Assembly: GCA_030704615.1 (NCBI GenBank) | Contig: CM060734.1 | Location: 40,300,001-40,364,000, forward strand | Length of the DNA: 64,000 nt | Direction: 5' to 3' | Origin: Takakia lepidozioides | Lineage: Eukaryota > Plantae > Bryophyta | Part shown: positions 12,987 through 26,974 of the stretch, in pieces | Layout: each line of letters starts with the position of its first letter | Numbering within the stretch: the stretch's first letter is position 1 | Notes under the pieces: model-generated | Told to the model about the DNA's origin: nothing | Seen by the model: only the letters and a program-made list of their open reading frames with translations | Database searches by the model: none | Made by a program: the position numbers and the translations under genes

Positions 12987-15900
12987 GTGTTACAAAGTGG
13001 ATGAGGACCCAAAATGTTTGTGGCTTAGTGTGGCTCAAGAGTTTTATAAAGTCAAATACAGCTTGATTGTTGGCATTAAAGAAGAGAGCTGTTCATGTTT
13101 GTGCAAATACTTGAGAAAGTCAAGCAACCACGCGAAGTAGACTAGAACATCTAGTAGTCTTCCCACAAGATTTGTGTGGTTTGCCTAATATAGAGATATA
13201 GAGATAATGTTTCTCTATACCAGTCTAAACCCCAATTCTCAGGTTATGAGTTCAAAAGGAATCCCTCTATTTTGTCCTTGCTGCTTTTTCTTTGTTTTTC
13301 TTTGTCCTTGTCTCTGTTTCTCGTTTGTTTGTTTTTGGTTCTCTTCTGAACATCCTCCTAATCACAGATCCGATCTTCTCGGTACTTCCTTGTTGGCTAC
13401 CTTTGAATGGAAATATCTTGATACCTATAAGGATTCTACCTTTGTAGTAGTGTAGCTAGCTGAATGTTTTTCGTAAAGCTTGGTGAGGATTTTTCCTCAT
13501 GTGTATTGATAATGTAGAGATGTTTTTGTGTACCTATAATTTGTTCCCAGCAAGTCTGGATGTGTGTACAATCATATGAATACTTTGAGAGTCTCACATG
13601 GATTTGAGTTTTCTGTAAATGGTAGAGTAATTTATTTGTTACACATTGGTTTGAATGTTTCTGGTGGTTTTTGCAGTCCAGGGGTTGTGAGTAACGGAAA
13701 TGGGTCTTTGAGCAATGAAAATGGCGAGACTATTGTTTGCCGAGTGCTGAAGAATCATGCACATCCTGAGGCGCGAAGTAATGGAAGACAAATGAGGAAG
13801 AGGAAGCGAAACTGAAGGTTTTTTTATATACATTATATTGACCTTTAGATGGTCATGTTGGCAAGGTGTTTCTGAGAAAAGGCATGGTTGAGGAAGCGAA
13901 ACTGAAGATTTAGTTACAACGCACTAACTGTTATGTGGTCATGTTGGAAAGGTGTTGAAGGAGAGTGTTGCAAGGGATCAGAAACAGCAATGAGAGGAAC
14001 TCCTGAAGAATGTCCCCAAAATTTACTTCATATGTAGTGAGGCTTTACACGGCTGTGAGTTATCATCCACATGGAATTTTCCACCAGGGTTTGGTGTATG
14101 CTTTTCTCTCCCTCTCTGTGCAGTTTTATGGCTAGCAAGGTCTAATTAGTAGTGTGTTGCACAGTTGTACTTCCTAAAATGATGTCGATGGGAATCCTGA
14201 AATGTACAATTTGTACCTTGTACTTAGATTTTTCTAAGCTGGACATTTAGGTAACGTTTTTGAGCTTACTGCATGAAAGTCCTAGGATTATTGTGGAGAG
14301 GTGTAGTTACTCAGACAATATATCCAAGACTTGTGGAGAGTGTGGTTACTAAGACGATGAGTCCCAGGACTGTTGTGGAGAGGCCCAGTTACTAGGACAA
14401 TGTCATTGATTACAAATAGTCAAATCTCACTGCTGTTCTTGGTTGAAGGTTGTCGCCAACATGACCCTCCTGGCAATGTAATTATTTGGAATAGAATGAG
14501 AGGCAATGATTGGCTGCCACCAAGGGAGGCATTACTAGCTTGCAATTCACTTCCGGAAGGATTTGTTCCACGCTACAGTCACCATTGTAAACAAGTGCTT
14601 GGATTGCATGGTGAGTTGTCAAACCTTGCTATCAAGTAACATCTTAGACCATAGACACATGGTGGAGTGGGGTGCTTGGATTGAACAGTGAGGTGGCGAA
14701 CCTTGTTATCAAATATTAGAGGAGACTTAATAGCTATGCTTCAGCAGTGTACAGTTTGAATGATATAAATTTTTTATCTCTTTGGGACATGTTTATCCAC
14801 TTCAATGTTTAGATTCTGAGAACTAGATATTCCATGTTGTCTTGAGACACTTGTCAAATCTCACATTTCTTGCCCGCAGTATTAATCATTATCAGCTTTA
14901 ATGGACATAAAATAATTGAATTCCTTTGACTTCTTGCTTCAACTATTGAAGAAATGTATGATTTGCGTTCATATCTGGTATTGCTCATTAGATTGAAAAA
15001 TGGGGAGTGTCAATGACAAATGCTAAGTAGTCAATTGTATGGCAATTTTGGACAAGGTGGGTGGAAGTCAGGAGGAAGTAGTTTTGTCATGGCTAAAACG
15101 TAACTTGCAACAACTATGATTACCATATATGTACCATATGGTATGTATGTATATGTACATACATACATATAAAGCACATGGAAGTGGTGAACCCCATGTT
15201 GTGAGAATGCCACCTTAACAACCTGTATATAGTAAGCCTACTAGAGGTGGAAGGTAGTATGAATTTATACATGGAAAGTCAGATGGAAGCCCACTTATTA
15301 TGTTCCAAAATTGAACTCTTCAACCCAAGCTTCGTCATCAGAGTTGATTGTTTGAAATCATTCAATTAGCTATGTAATGGTGTTGAAGCAGTATACTCTA
15401 AACGGTAGACAGATCTGCTGGGATCTCAGGCCATTCGGTTGACTCACATCAGGTGACTGCATGAACATAGAAAACCTGTAAACATTGATATGTTCATATA
15501 GATAAATATTAGTAATATATTCAAATATAATTTATTGATGTTTGCCTGGTGCTTCAGTGTATTGAAGTAGAATAAAAAAATTGGTGTGCTCTTTCCCCCT
15601 CCCTGCTGATGTCTTTTCAAAAAACAAATTTAAAGGTAAAATTGACTTTCAATTTTGCAAATTTGTGCTTGATAATAGGGGAACCTGTTGCTCAATACCA
15701 GTATATACTTAATGAAACTCTTATAGTGTTTTTATATAGAGCTATAATTATAAGGTACAATTTTGTGTTGTTTTCTATATTCTTTTACTGGTAACTGCAA
15801 TTTATTTATTTTTTATTTTTTTAAAGGGGAGCTAGTCCTTTATTACTTTTTTTGGTACTTATCTTCATTCCAGAAATTCTCTTGATCGAGTTTAATATAC

Positions 15901-18900
15901 ACTATGCTGATGTAAGTGTGAATCCCATACTTTTGTGGATCTGTTGTAAATTTGCCTTCAAAGTAACATTTTTGTAGACAATTTTTTGTCTACTGATTTT
16001 CATGTAAGTACGGTGTCAATTATAGTCCGTTCATCTTTACTACAAATTTCTATGTTGTCAATTTATGGATGTTATATTATGGTGGTAATATAACATGAAT
16101 GGCTTTTTTTATGTTTGAACCAAATGAATTGCAATTTGGAGAAAAAAACATGTGTATTCTATACCACTGTCTTCTATCTAATTCCATTGATTAGCATGTA
16201 CCACATAGAATTTCAAGTAGTTTTCATATATATTTGCTGTACAAAGATTCTCTTATAGATGAAGGCCAAAGCTGTAAATGATAAAAGTGGATGAAAATAT
16301 AATGCAAACTCCTATCTTCGTCATAGATAAAATTATAGATTTGTGTTATATATACTCATCTGACTTTGCTTGCTAGACCTGTTTTCTGATAGAAGACGAT
16401 TACATGAATTGTTGTTGACGCTCCCAATAATCCATTTTTCCAATACTACAGGATCATTGAGGTTTGGTGTTTGGTCGATCACATTCAGTATATTAAACAG
16501 ATCTGTTGAATGTGGTGTTGATATATGTTTTCTTCAGTATGATGTTAAATGTTTATTAGAGCGTAAGTATAGAGAGGTCAAATTTCAGACATCTAAAATA
16601 TAATCTCAATAAAATCTCCAGGGCCTCTGTCCCCTGTTTACCATATATATATATATATATATGGTTTAACTATTACATCAAATTCCCTTGACAAAACATT
16701 TTTAATGTTTTTTATGGGGTTTTTTTTTTGGTTCATTATGGTTGTCTGTAATTGGTGTTATCCATCTCACGAACCTATGGAAAGCTGCAATACATCCCAA
16801 CCTTACTATAACAACTATCATAAGGATGAATGGGAAATTGTGAGTGGTAGGCAACAAGGAATTGCCGTTTTTGGAATAAATAAACTTTATTTGCAATTTG
16901 TTGGATAAGGAGGGGTATATTGATTAAAGCTTTTGGTTGTTGTTTCCTATGGTTAACCCCTAAAGGACAAAGCTGCCGGAGTAGAAAGCAAATATTACCT
17001 CATGGGTGTATGGGAAGGAATCGAAAATATTCTGACAATCTATCCTCCAGATTGCACGTCCACAGCAATCTATCTCATAGGTGCCATCAAAACAGATTGT
17101 GGAGGTTTCAACTCGATACTTGAATTTGGTGGTCAAACCATTTTTTGACATGCAATTTTGAAATACATCTAAATATTGGGGCACATTATTTTACTATAAT
17201 CTACTGAATGCAATGGTCAAATTGCCTGCACTTTTCACATGATGCGGATGTAGTAGATATGCACATAAATATAAGGTTCATCCCTATGGATGATTGGGGA
17301 TAAAAATGTTACACTTGTGCATGAGGGTATGCACCTTTTGTAGCAGGGCCACCAAAAGGGTGCTCGTTGTTTAGGAGTTACTAATTCCAATGCAGATTCC
17401 CAAATGACTACCCAAAGAAGAGAAAAACAAAGCTTTTGTCCGAGACAAGGGGAGCAACCAAAACAAGAGAAAAATATGAGAGTAATAGCAATAGCTCGTC
17501 ACTTACAAGGTGATTTTCTTGTTATGAAGCTGAATTGTAATTATGAGATACACCATAAAGGAAAATCGGTGGTCCATATTCAGCTGAATTTTATTAGAAT
17601 TTTTTAGTGCACAATGGATTTTCTTTATTTTGGGTGTAGTTTGTGCTTATGATGAAATTTCCTTAATGGCACCAACTTGGGGGGTGCATTCTTCATAAAA
17701 TGGGCGTGTCCATACTTGTGTTCATCACTTAATTAAAAATACTCATATATAGAGATTGTTTCATGGTTAACACATGAAAACTTTTTTTCGAAGTTGTAAA
17801 AGACCCTAATGTCACTATATACAATAATAAAATGTTAGAAAATATAATTCTTTATGTTTGTAAATTTTTCGAGTGGTAAAGAAATACCCATACATATCAG
17901 ATATTGTAAAATTCAATACTTTATGTGTATTTGTATACATGTAACAGATAGCAATATTTTCAAATTTTATGATTATATAAAATAATACCATCTTAGTTGT
18001 ATATAGCATCCAGGTGATTTTAGGTTCAAATCTTGCTACCATGTCTAGTGTGGTATAACTTCTTCCATTTCTTTTGGGTGGGGTCTCTTTAGCCTTGTGC
18101 TGTGCGCCTCATGGCGAGTTAACTATGAAAAACGTTATTTTCTCCTCTCACTTTAATTAAGGGGCTTGATTTGTGATCCAAGTGTAAAATAACAAATTTA
18201 ATGCAGGCTGGTGTTTGGCGGGAAGACGTACGCAATGGCAATAGGGTGTCATTGAGGGATTTTGCAAACATAATTGTGTAACTTGCATGAATGGTTTTGC
18301 ACCACACATAGGATGGGAGTTGAATGCATGCGAGCCTTACCAGGCTATATACAAAATTAGGAATTAAAAGTTTGGAGGGTGACAAGAGAGCGGGTAAGCT
18401 CCAGCTACGTAGCAGTCTGGCGGGCAAGCCGCGCATGGTGGGGATTTAACTGCTGCCCCGCCAGGGGCATATTCCGCACTAACGACCGCACATTGATCTC
18501 CCATCCTATGTCAAGTGTCTTTGGCCTGAAGGCAGTGCGATCCACCATTATGCCACCCAAATACGTTGCAATAATCCCCTATATGTAACTTGTGACGACT
18601 TCAGGGAACACTGTCCAAGAAAATGCGATGGATTTAAATGGTACATAAAGTGTCTTGATAATGATATCTGTTATGTGTGTATTTTATTATTTTTCTATCT
18701 ACCAACCTACACTTTTCTGCCAATTATAAAAAATATCTGGTTCTATAGGTGCATGTGCAAATAATTTGAGACCAATTATCTGAAAAGAAATTCCATGTTT
18801 CTTATCACAAAAATTAATATAGTATCTTGTGTTGTACTCATGGCAACATAATCCCTTGACTTAAGATATGATCCATTTATTTCTTCATCTTTTTCATTTA

Positions 18901-19949
18901 CCATTTCTATGGAATTGTACAAGTCCCTTTCATTTATTTTCTGATGTTGTTAGAGTTGTTGCACAGGTATCGGAATTTCTGTTTTTTCTTTTATTTCTGG
19001 AACTTTTTGGAAATGTTCATATATTCACCACCTACCCAAGTTCCAACAATATTTTTCTTATGTACTCAAATATATACTGACAATTTTCAAGGTCGCAGAG
19101 ACAGTTTGACAATATGTAGTTCTTGAGCAAATGAAACAGATTTATAATTTCTAACTTTTCCAAGGTATGGAAAATTTGATATTCCCACAAATAGTAATGT
19201 TTCTTCATTCGATGGGACATTCCATACTGCATTTGAAAACTGGCATTAAATGAGGATCACTTCTAAGTGTAAGCATAATGTTCAGAGACCTTAGTAAATC
19301 CCTACATCCACAACGAAAGTACAACAACGCTAAACTATGGAATTCGCAAATATATTTTTGGAGGTTTCGTTGCAAATTAAAGATAAGGCTAAATGCTGAA
19401 AGAACCCAAACATAAAATTTCATACGATGAGAAATGTAAATTTATTATCAATTGTGTATTTTGGGCACCCATTATGGCCAACTGAGCTATAAAAGGGAAA
19501 TAACTTTGTCAAGCAATTATTTAATGTGTGGTACTTAGGGACTTTCGAGTATTGGGAGAAAGTTGGGCAAGATTATTGCCCAGGTTATGGTTGTTAGAAG
19601 GTGTCTACCTATAGAATCTTAGAGATCCATTCATACCAAGAAACTAAGACATAGAATAGTCATCTCTTTTATTGAGCATCTCCTCCCAACCTAGAAGACA
19701 TACAACCATTGCATTGTGCTTCACCCACTGTGCTCAAGTACTAAACATTAAGAGCTCCGTTTCTTTTGAAAACGTACCCACCTTCAGTTATGGCTGATCT
19801 TCTTTAATCATGTCTTTTCATATTAGGTTAACTTAACTTAGATTAAACTTATCTTTTAACACTCCCATCCGAACGATATGTTATGCTTGGACAATCCCAG
19901 GTTATCATTGCGGACTCCAAAGTCTAAGCCTATCAAAGCATCGTAGTCT

Positions 19950-20160
19950 CCAATTATGGCGGTCGCATGTAAATTTTTTATTTTTAATATGTGCGACCGC
20001 CATAATTGGTGGTCGTGCCTATTAATTGATACGACCACCAAGGCTAGGGGTCGCATGTAATTTTTCAAATTTTAATAGGTACGACTGCCAATTATGGCTG
20101 TCGCATGTAATTGTTTTTTAATAGGTGCGACCACCATAATTGGCTATCGCACCCATTTTT
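19950..20160. repeat. Cluster of short inverted motifs (ccaattatggcggtcgc / gcgaccgccataattgg) in each tandem unit
   Basis: The motif repeats about 5-6 times in alternating orientation, and again at ~23495-23700 and ~53675-53890. It resembles TE subterminal repeats. Confidence 0.55.
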
Positions 20161-20344
20161 AAGAAAAAGAATATAAAAAATTGAAGAGTCCGCCAAAACT
20201 CGGCAGTTACAATTTTTTTTTTTATTTTTTTTTAAAACAGAAACTAAGAAAAAAAAACTAAAGCCACGTATATGACAATTTAAAATGTTCTTTCCCTTCA
20301 GTAATGACTGTATGATACCGGCCCTTTACATATTTGCAGCATTA

Positions 20345-20890
20345 TCCAAACGGTAGAGAGGAGTAGTTCCGACAATTTTTGATATATTTCAGTGATCAAC
20401 GTACCTTATATGACAGATACAAAAAATTTAGAGGTGAATTGTGCTTATTGTGTCTGCCTCGCCGATTCTCAACACAACGTGATCTACTTTCCCATCGTCA
20501 AACATTTTCAAGAGCCCACGAAGTGAAGCATAAAGCCTATGGTATAGCAATTGATGAGGAGGTGTTGTGGTCTACATTAAGGGAGAACCTCGGAACTAGA
20601 GTGCCACCGGAATGTCCCACCATGATGACAACTGTAGTTGGGGCCACTGATAGCGAGTCCGAAGAGAGCTTTGGGAACCGGGGTGCTTCGACTGAAGAAA
20701 TCAGGTCACAATTGCCGTCGAATGTCTACGTCCGGGTCGGACCAACCGCGATGCACAATTTGTTTGGGGGACATTGTAGACGGGCAGTCTAATCACTGCC
20801 AGTTTGTCTGCATACCTACGATGAGCATTGCATTCCGAAATGATTGAAGAAAAGGCAAAAAATGCCCACTGCGCCTGAACAAACTTAAAA
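20345..20890 (+). pseudogene. RING-H2 zinc-finger pseudogene, unit 1, + copy
   Basis: GASTEEIRSQLP...RCTICLGDIVDGQS..LP.C.H.YDEHCI..W-like text spread over shifted frames; frameshifts and stops; no introns seen. Confidence 0.7.
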
Positions 20891-21070
20891 TGGACAATAG
20901 ATTATTATTGCAGTATTGGAATGGTCTCAGAAGAGCATGAGCGATGGGGAGTCCACGTACGACGGGGACGACCAATGGCTGCTAGGCAACGACGACCGTA
21001 TGACCATCGCCTAAGTTTTAATTATTTTCGAAAAAAAAAAATCTAGGTTCATGTATCCGTTGGACGATCC

Positions 21071-21699
21071 CTAGTGACGGTGACCGAAACAATTGGACGA
21101 CCAAGTTTGTCCAAGCAAAATGGGCATTTTCCTTTTTTTTTCCAACCATTTCGTAATGCAACGCTCATGGCAGATTGGCAGTGATATAATAGACTGCCCG
21201 TCTACAATGTCCTCCAAACAAATTGTGCATTGCAGATGATCAGACCCGGACACAGAAGCTTGGAACACATTCGACGATAATCGTGACCTGATTTATTCAG
21301 TCGAAGCACCCTAGTTCCCAAAGCTCTATTCAAACTCGCTATCACTAGCCCCAACTACAGTCGCCGGCACGGTGGGACGTTCCAGTGGGCATTCTACTTC
21401 TAAGGTTCTCCCTTGATGTAGACCACAACAGCTCCTCAATCATTATATCATAGGCTTTATGCTCCACTTCGTGGGCCCTTGAAAATGTTTGATAATGGGA
21501 AAGTACATACGTTATGTTGAGAACTGGCGAGGCGGACACAATAAACATGATTCACCCCTGAAATTTTTGTATCAGTCATATAAGGCACGTTGTTGAAATA
21601 TATCAAAAAATATCGGAACGTCTCCTCTCTATCGTCTGGGTCACTGTCAACATTCTCTAACCATTTTTGTATATTATCTCTATGTTTCTTGTCGGCCAT
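21071..21699 (-). pseudogene. RING-H2 zinc-finger pseudogene, unit 1, - copy
   Basis: MADKKHRDNIQKW... through CTICLEDIVDGQSIISLPICHERCITKWLEKKRK; frameshifted. Confidence 0.7.
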
Positions 21700-23882
21700 A
21701 AAGAGAAAGGACAAAAAAAAAATGAGCAATGAAACAAGAGAAATGAGCAAAAGATTAATGAAACAAAAGATCATTTGTGTCTCTCAGTCTTTGACCATCT
21801 TTGTATTTTGTTTCTTAAATCTTCTATACACACCTCTACAAAGGTCTGAACAAGTGTGTCCCATGCGAAGTGATACATATGACAAGTCATATGCAATCAC
21901 ATGCACAAATGCGAAGGGTTACTACGAAAATGTGAATGGCTTTCTTTTTCGCTACAACATGGTTTGAGCTTGAACAAAATATTGAACTCTGATCAATATT
22001 GATAGTTGTCATAGAGGGTATGTGTGCCTTTTTCTTGGGTATAGAAATGTGTCGTCGTCTTGGTTAGACTTTTGGATAGTGATTTATAGGGACATGAAAA
22101 TATTATGTGTATGGATAAACATTGGATAACCATTTCATAGTCGTCGGGTCGTCCTCATGTACACACAAATTGAATAACGGATAACATACCATTTGCTCGA
22201 TGTGCACACCTAGTCACCCCAAGGACACTGACCCCATCTTCCTAGGTTTTGCCCCCACCTTACCATGGCCTTGACATGATTCGACACAACCCGGTCATCT
22301 AGTTCAGCTCCTCACTCTATGATTTTTCTTTATAAAGACCGATACTGAGCTATAAACAAAAAAATCTTGGGTCAATTGGTCACTTGTGGGTACTTGAGAG
22401 CTTTGGAGTCATTGAGGGAGGTTTGGGCAATCACATTGTCTGGTTACAGTTGTTAGATGGTGTCTATTTTTCAAATGGAAGGCAATAGTCATATGCGGTG
22501 AAATGACACCATAAGGTAGTCTTGCTTCAGGATGAATATTCCTCTCTATCTCTAAATGCTGGTATGTACAAGGCCACCCTCGGACCACACCACCCCACAT
22601 TGGATGCCCTCGATATGTATAGCATGGCCGGGATGCCATCCCGGCCATGCATCTGTAAATGACCTGTGATGAAGTACTCATATTTGCATATACAGCCTTG
22701 AAAATTATCTTGAACTTCATCTCAGACTTGGCCTACTGGATTCCGCTTAGACCATTTATGAGATTGCATCTCCCAAAAAAATTCTACATTTCTTTTTATA
22801 AAGTCCGGGTTTGTTTCTTGCAATAATTGCAAATTCCCTTTCTCTTCTTTTTTATCTAGGAGGCATGCTTCTTTTGTAGATGAAGGATAAAAATATTGAA
22901 GGAATATGAAAGGAAAGGATGTAAAATATTGAAATAATGATATTCATCTTTGTATGTGAGGGGTTTTATATATTTGTAGCTTATTGGTACCTTTTCGAAA
23001 GGTACAGATATGAACGATGTTGGTAAACCAAACAAACATATATTTCTTTTTCATCAAACAGAAACAGTAAACCTTCACAATTGAAACTCTAGATCTTCTT
23101 GATTCATAGAATTTTTCATTGCTGAGGTTATGGTCGTCGTTAGAAGGTGTCTACCTATAGAATCTTAGAGATCCATTCATACCAAGAAACTAAGACATAG
23201 AATAGTCATCTTTTTTATTGAGCATCTCCTCCCAACGTAGAAGACATGCAATCATTGCATTGTGCTTCACCCACTGTGCTCAAGTACTAAACATTAAGAG
23301 CTCCGTTTCTTTTGAAAACGTACCCACCTTCAGTTATGGCTGATCTTATTTAATCATGTCTTTTCATATTAGGTTAACTTAATTTAGATTAAACTTATCT
23401 TTTAACACTCCCATCCGAACGATATGTTATACTTGGACAATCCTAGGTTATCATTGCGGACTCCAAAGTCCAAGCCTATCAAAGCATCGTAGTCTCCAAT
23501 TATGGCGGTCGCATGTAAATTTTTTATTTTTAATATGTGCGATCGCCATAAGTGGTGGTCATGCATATTAATTGATGCGACCACCAAGGCTAGGGGTCGT
23601 ATGTAATTTTCCAATTTTTAATAGGTACGACCACCAATTATGGTGGTCGCATATAATTATTTTTTAATAGGTGCGACCGCCATAATTGGCGATCGCATCC
23701 ATTTTTTTAAGAAAAAGAATACAATTTAATTTTTTAATATTAATTAAAAACTAAATGTTAAAATATTTTTAGTGTTAGATAAATCCGAGTGTGCAGTCCA
23801 CGGTCCACAATTTGTTTTTTTAAATATATGTTTTAAAGAAAATGTGTGCGACCGTCGTATGTTTTTTCTCTTTTTAAAAGAT

Positions 23883-26800
23883 GTCATCTCAACACTCTCC
23901 CAACTCACCGTAGCCTATGGCTATAGGCTACTTTCATCCGGAGAGTTCACTCTTAAATACTCCACAGCCACGGTCAAAACAAGTAGATTCCTCTCCTTGC
24001 TTCGATCCCTCTTTTGCCATAGGACCCCTCCTGTACCCTTGAATGCGATATGCCATGCAAACTCCTTCCCCACCACAAACATGACCTTCTTCCTCAATAG
24101 AGAACTAGACCAGCCCCCTCTATTTTCAGTACTCTCACAGGGCGCACATGTCACCCATACCCCTACCACCCCTCCCAAATGGCGGGTTCCAACCCATCCT
24201 CTCCCAATTCCCCTGACCTCGCCTCCCCTCCCACCCCTACCCAGCCTGCTGCTCCATTGATGTCCCCAACTCACCAGACCTCCCTCCCACAGTCACAGTA
24301 TGTTAACCCAGACAATACAGACGCCTTCATTATCGAAGCTATTCTTGGTACCAGAACCCAACCACTGTCGATGAATTTGGCGCTAAATGCCTAGACACCT
24401 ACTACCTATGCAAATGGGCATGATACCCATCAGAAGATAATACATGGCAAGCAAAAGACGACCTTTTTTGGATCTCATGATGATTGTGACCCGGCCCACA
24501 ACCTAGCCCTCCTCACCACTTTTCACAAAACTAGAATACTAACTACATAGCCCATATCCATCAGCAACACACTTCCACACCCCAACCAATAGATTCCCGA
24601 TATGTTCATACCCCCCCTAATTGCCCCGGCAATTCATGTATGCATTACAGAGTGTAATCCTGACAAAGACATCCTCCGCACCTCCCCCACAATCCGCTCA
24701 GGAAAAAGCATGTCCAAACTCTATGCCTCCCATGGCCGCTTTATAGGCCTCATCCCGAACGACAGACCCACCTGGCTATGGCACAGATTCTCAACCTCAA
24801 ACCCTCCTCAAACCCGCCCCCCTAACCAGGTCATGCCAGCAAGGCAGGACTTTACTACAAAGGTCTGCTGGCTAGTAGACCGCTATTTGGCTGACTCCCC
24901 CCCCCCAAAAAAAGCCTCGCTCCCTCCTAAAGCTAACACAAGCTCAATCTCATGCTACCCTCCCCCCTGACATCCTTGCATTTTTCATAGATTCTTTCCA
25001 CATTACGCACTCTTATTATTCTAGCCCGCTCACATGCCGTATGATGCTCTCCTAATTCTCTAGCCCGGGCACCCCCGAGACTGCCTATTTGGAGCCTTAG
25101 GCTCGACATCCCAGCATACCTGGTCTGGTCGCGGCTTCGCGCATCCCCCCTGGGTTCTTCTATGCAAGACGCTTTACAATGGGCACGCCTTGCGGCCCAA
25201 ACCTCCCCCTCTGCTGCTACCATCCTTCTTCTGACGAACCAACAACTGCCAAATGGCCTCCACCCCCTACTCCAACTACCCTCTACGGTAATGCCCCGAG
25301 CCGCTATTGACCCTAGTCAGCTCCAATTCTCCCGTACCCCGCCCCTTCCCACATACCTTAAACACCAGGAACCCACCCTGACACTCGTATTACTTGTACA
25401 TCGTCCACCATCACTACCATCATACCCACTAAATTTGTCCCGCCTTACTCACCTTCTTGCAAACACACATAATATGAAGGTCACCGCCTTCCCTTCCCCC
25501 ACTTACCCCCAGGGCACCCCTCACCCCCTCCCTATCATTAAAATATCTAAATCATGGTCCCAATTGCTCCCCCACCCACCAGCCCCCCTCACCCTATCTA
25601 TTCCCACCAATCCCCCTCCGGTATCCAGAGAGGATCTCCCCCTCAAATACCCCCCGGCCCACTCCCACTACACGGATGAATCCCTCATTGCAGGCCCCCG
25701 TGCTAGATATGACATCTACCATGCCGCTATTGACCAAGGCGTTGCCCTTCGCCTCCCTGGCCCGGCCACCATCCTTCGTGCCGAGCTCATGGCCATCCAC
25801 GACGCCCTCACCCATCTCTCTTCATTTTCCCTACCCCATTGCATCTTCACAGACCGTCTCACTTCACTCTATCTTATCCGTAACCACCTCCCTCAACCCT
25901 CCTCCACCACCACCACTCCGACCGAAACCTCATCTCTACTATTACTCATCTTGCCATATCCATAAACCAATCCCTCCACTTCATCAAAGTCCGTTCACAT
26001 ACTGGCATCACTGGCAACGAAATGGCTGACCTCTTTGCCCAACGAGGGGCCACATGCCATGAGGTGAACCCCTCGTCAGACCCTATCCACGTTGCCCATA
26101 CCCACCCATTCTGGTTCATCCACCCCGTCCTTGGCCCCACGGAGCCCCGATCTATCCGCAACCTGACCACTACCCTTACACGTGAAGCCCACAAACAAGC
26201 CTCGAACTCCGCCAGCCACACTAAATCACACATCCAGAAATGGACACAATCTGAGGTACTACACCACAAATTATCTAATCACTTCTGGCATACTAACCTC
26301 GCCACAGATGCCCAAATAAGGCAAATCCTTAAATTTCGATATGCCCAATACATAGGCCACCAGCGCAAGCACATTTTCTGGCCGTGTCTCTATCCCTCCC
26401 TAAACTGCCCACTTTGTGCTAACACGCACCTGGCCTCATCTACTTAGTCAATGCACGCACCCACTCATCCATGGCCTTTGTGTTAATCATAATCATGCTG
26501 TTTGGCGTATCCATAAACTGCTCCTAAATAGACCTGAAACACGCTGGTTTTCTCTCATCGATGCTGGGACCTATCAGGGCCGGCCCCCGGACCATACTGT
26601 ACCCCCCTGTCTCCTACCATGTTCGTGTAGGACCTGCTCGCCCTGCTCATGTCCCGCTAGACTCTGCCCTAACATACTCCTTTGTACTGCCCATAAACGC
26701 CCCACCACCGGACATTCCATCCCCTGAACTTATCATACACTTCATCGATTTACATACTGTAATGACCGCCACCCTTCCCCCTCCACATTAGAAAAACGCC

Positions 26801-26885
26801 AAAAATACGCACCGCTCATCTTAGCCATCCGCCGCCGGGGGTGGACCACCGGCCCTCTCACAGTCATCTCCGTTGGTACTAGAGG
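23883..26885 (+). mobile_element. Truncated, decayed non-LTR retrotransposon: chromodomain, PCIF1-like MTase-like segment, RNase H, zinc knuckle and restriction-like endonuclease (Dualen/RandI-like architecture); RT not retained
   Basis: C-rich insert absent from units 1 and 3. IIEAILG / YYLCKWA*YPSEDNTWQ..DL (chromodomain, ~24330-24470). HYTDES..., ILRAELMAI, IFTDRL and KVRSHTGITGNEMADLFA (RNase H, ~25660-26045). CPLC...TWPHLLSQC...HNHAV (knuckle). RLCPNILL..., TYCND, KRQKYAPL...RRRGW...VISVGTRG (RLE, ~26660-26885). No TSD; about 110 bp of the unit is missing at the junction. Confidence 0.75.
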
Positions 26886-26974
26886 AAAAAAACTAAAGCC
26901 ACGCATATGACAATTGAAATTTTTCTTTCCCTTCAGTAATGACTGTATGATACCGGCCCTTTACATATTTGCAG

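Noticed and set aside
14281-14403. Three ~40-bp repeats (tgtggagag...gttact.agac.at) that look superficially CRISPR-like
   Set aside because: Degenerate head-to-tail tandem copies without unique spacers, no cas genes, and a eukaryotic context.
14440-18660. Patches with coding-like composition (14440-14600, 16800-17300, 18200-18650)
   Set aside because: Stops in all frames and no motif I can recognise; a translated search would be needed.
22409-22720. 103-aa ORF repeated at 30362-30673
   Set aside because: Its conservation is explained by the tandem duplication; it is disrupted in unit 3 and has no recognisable motif.
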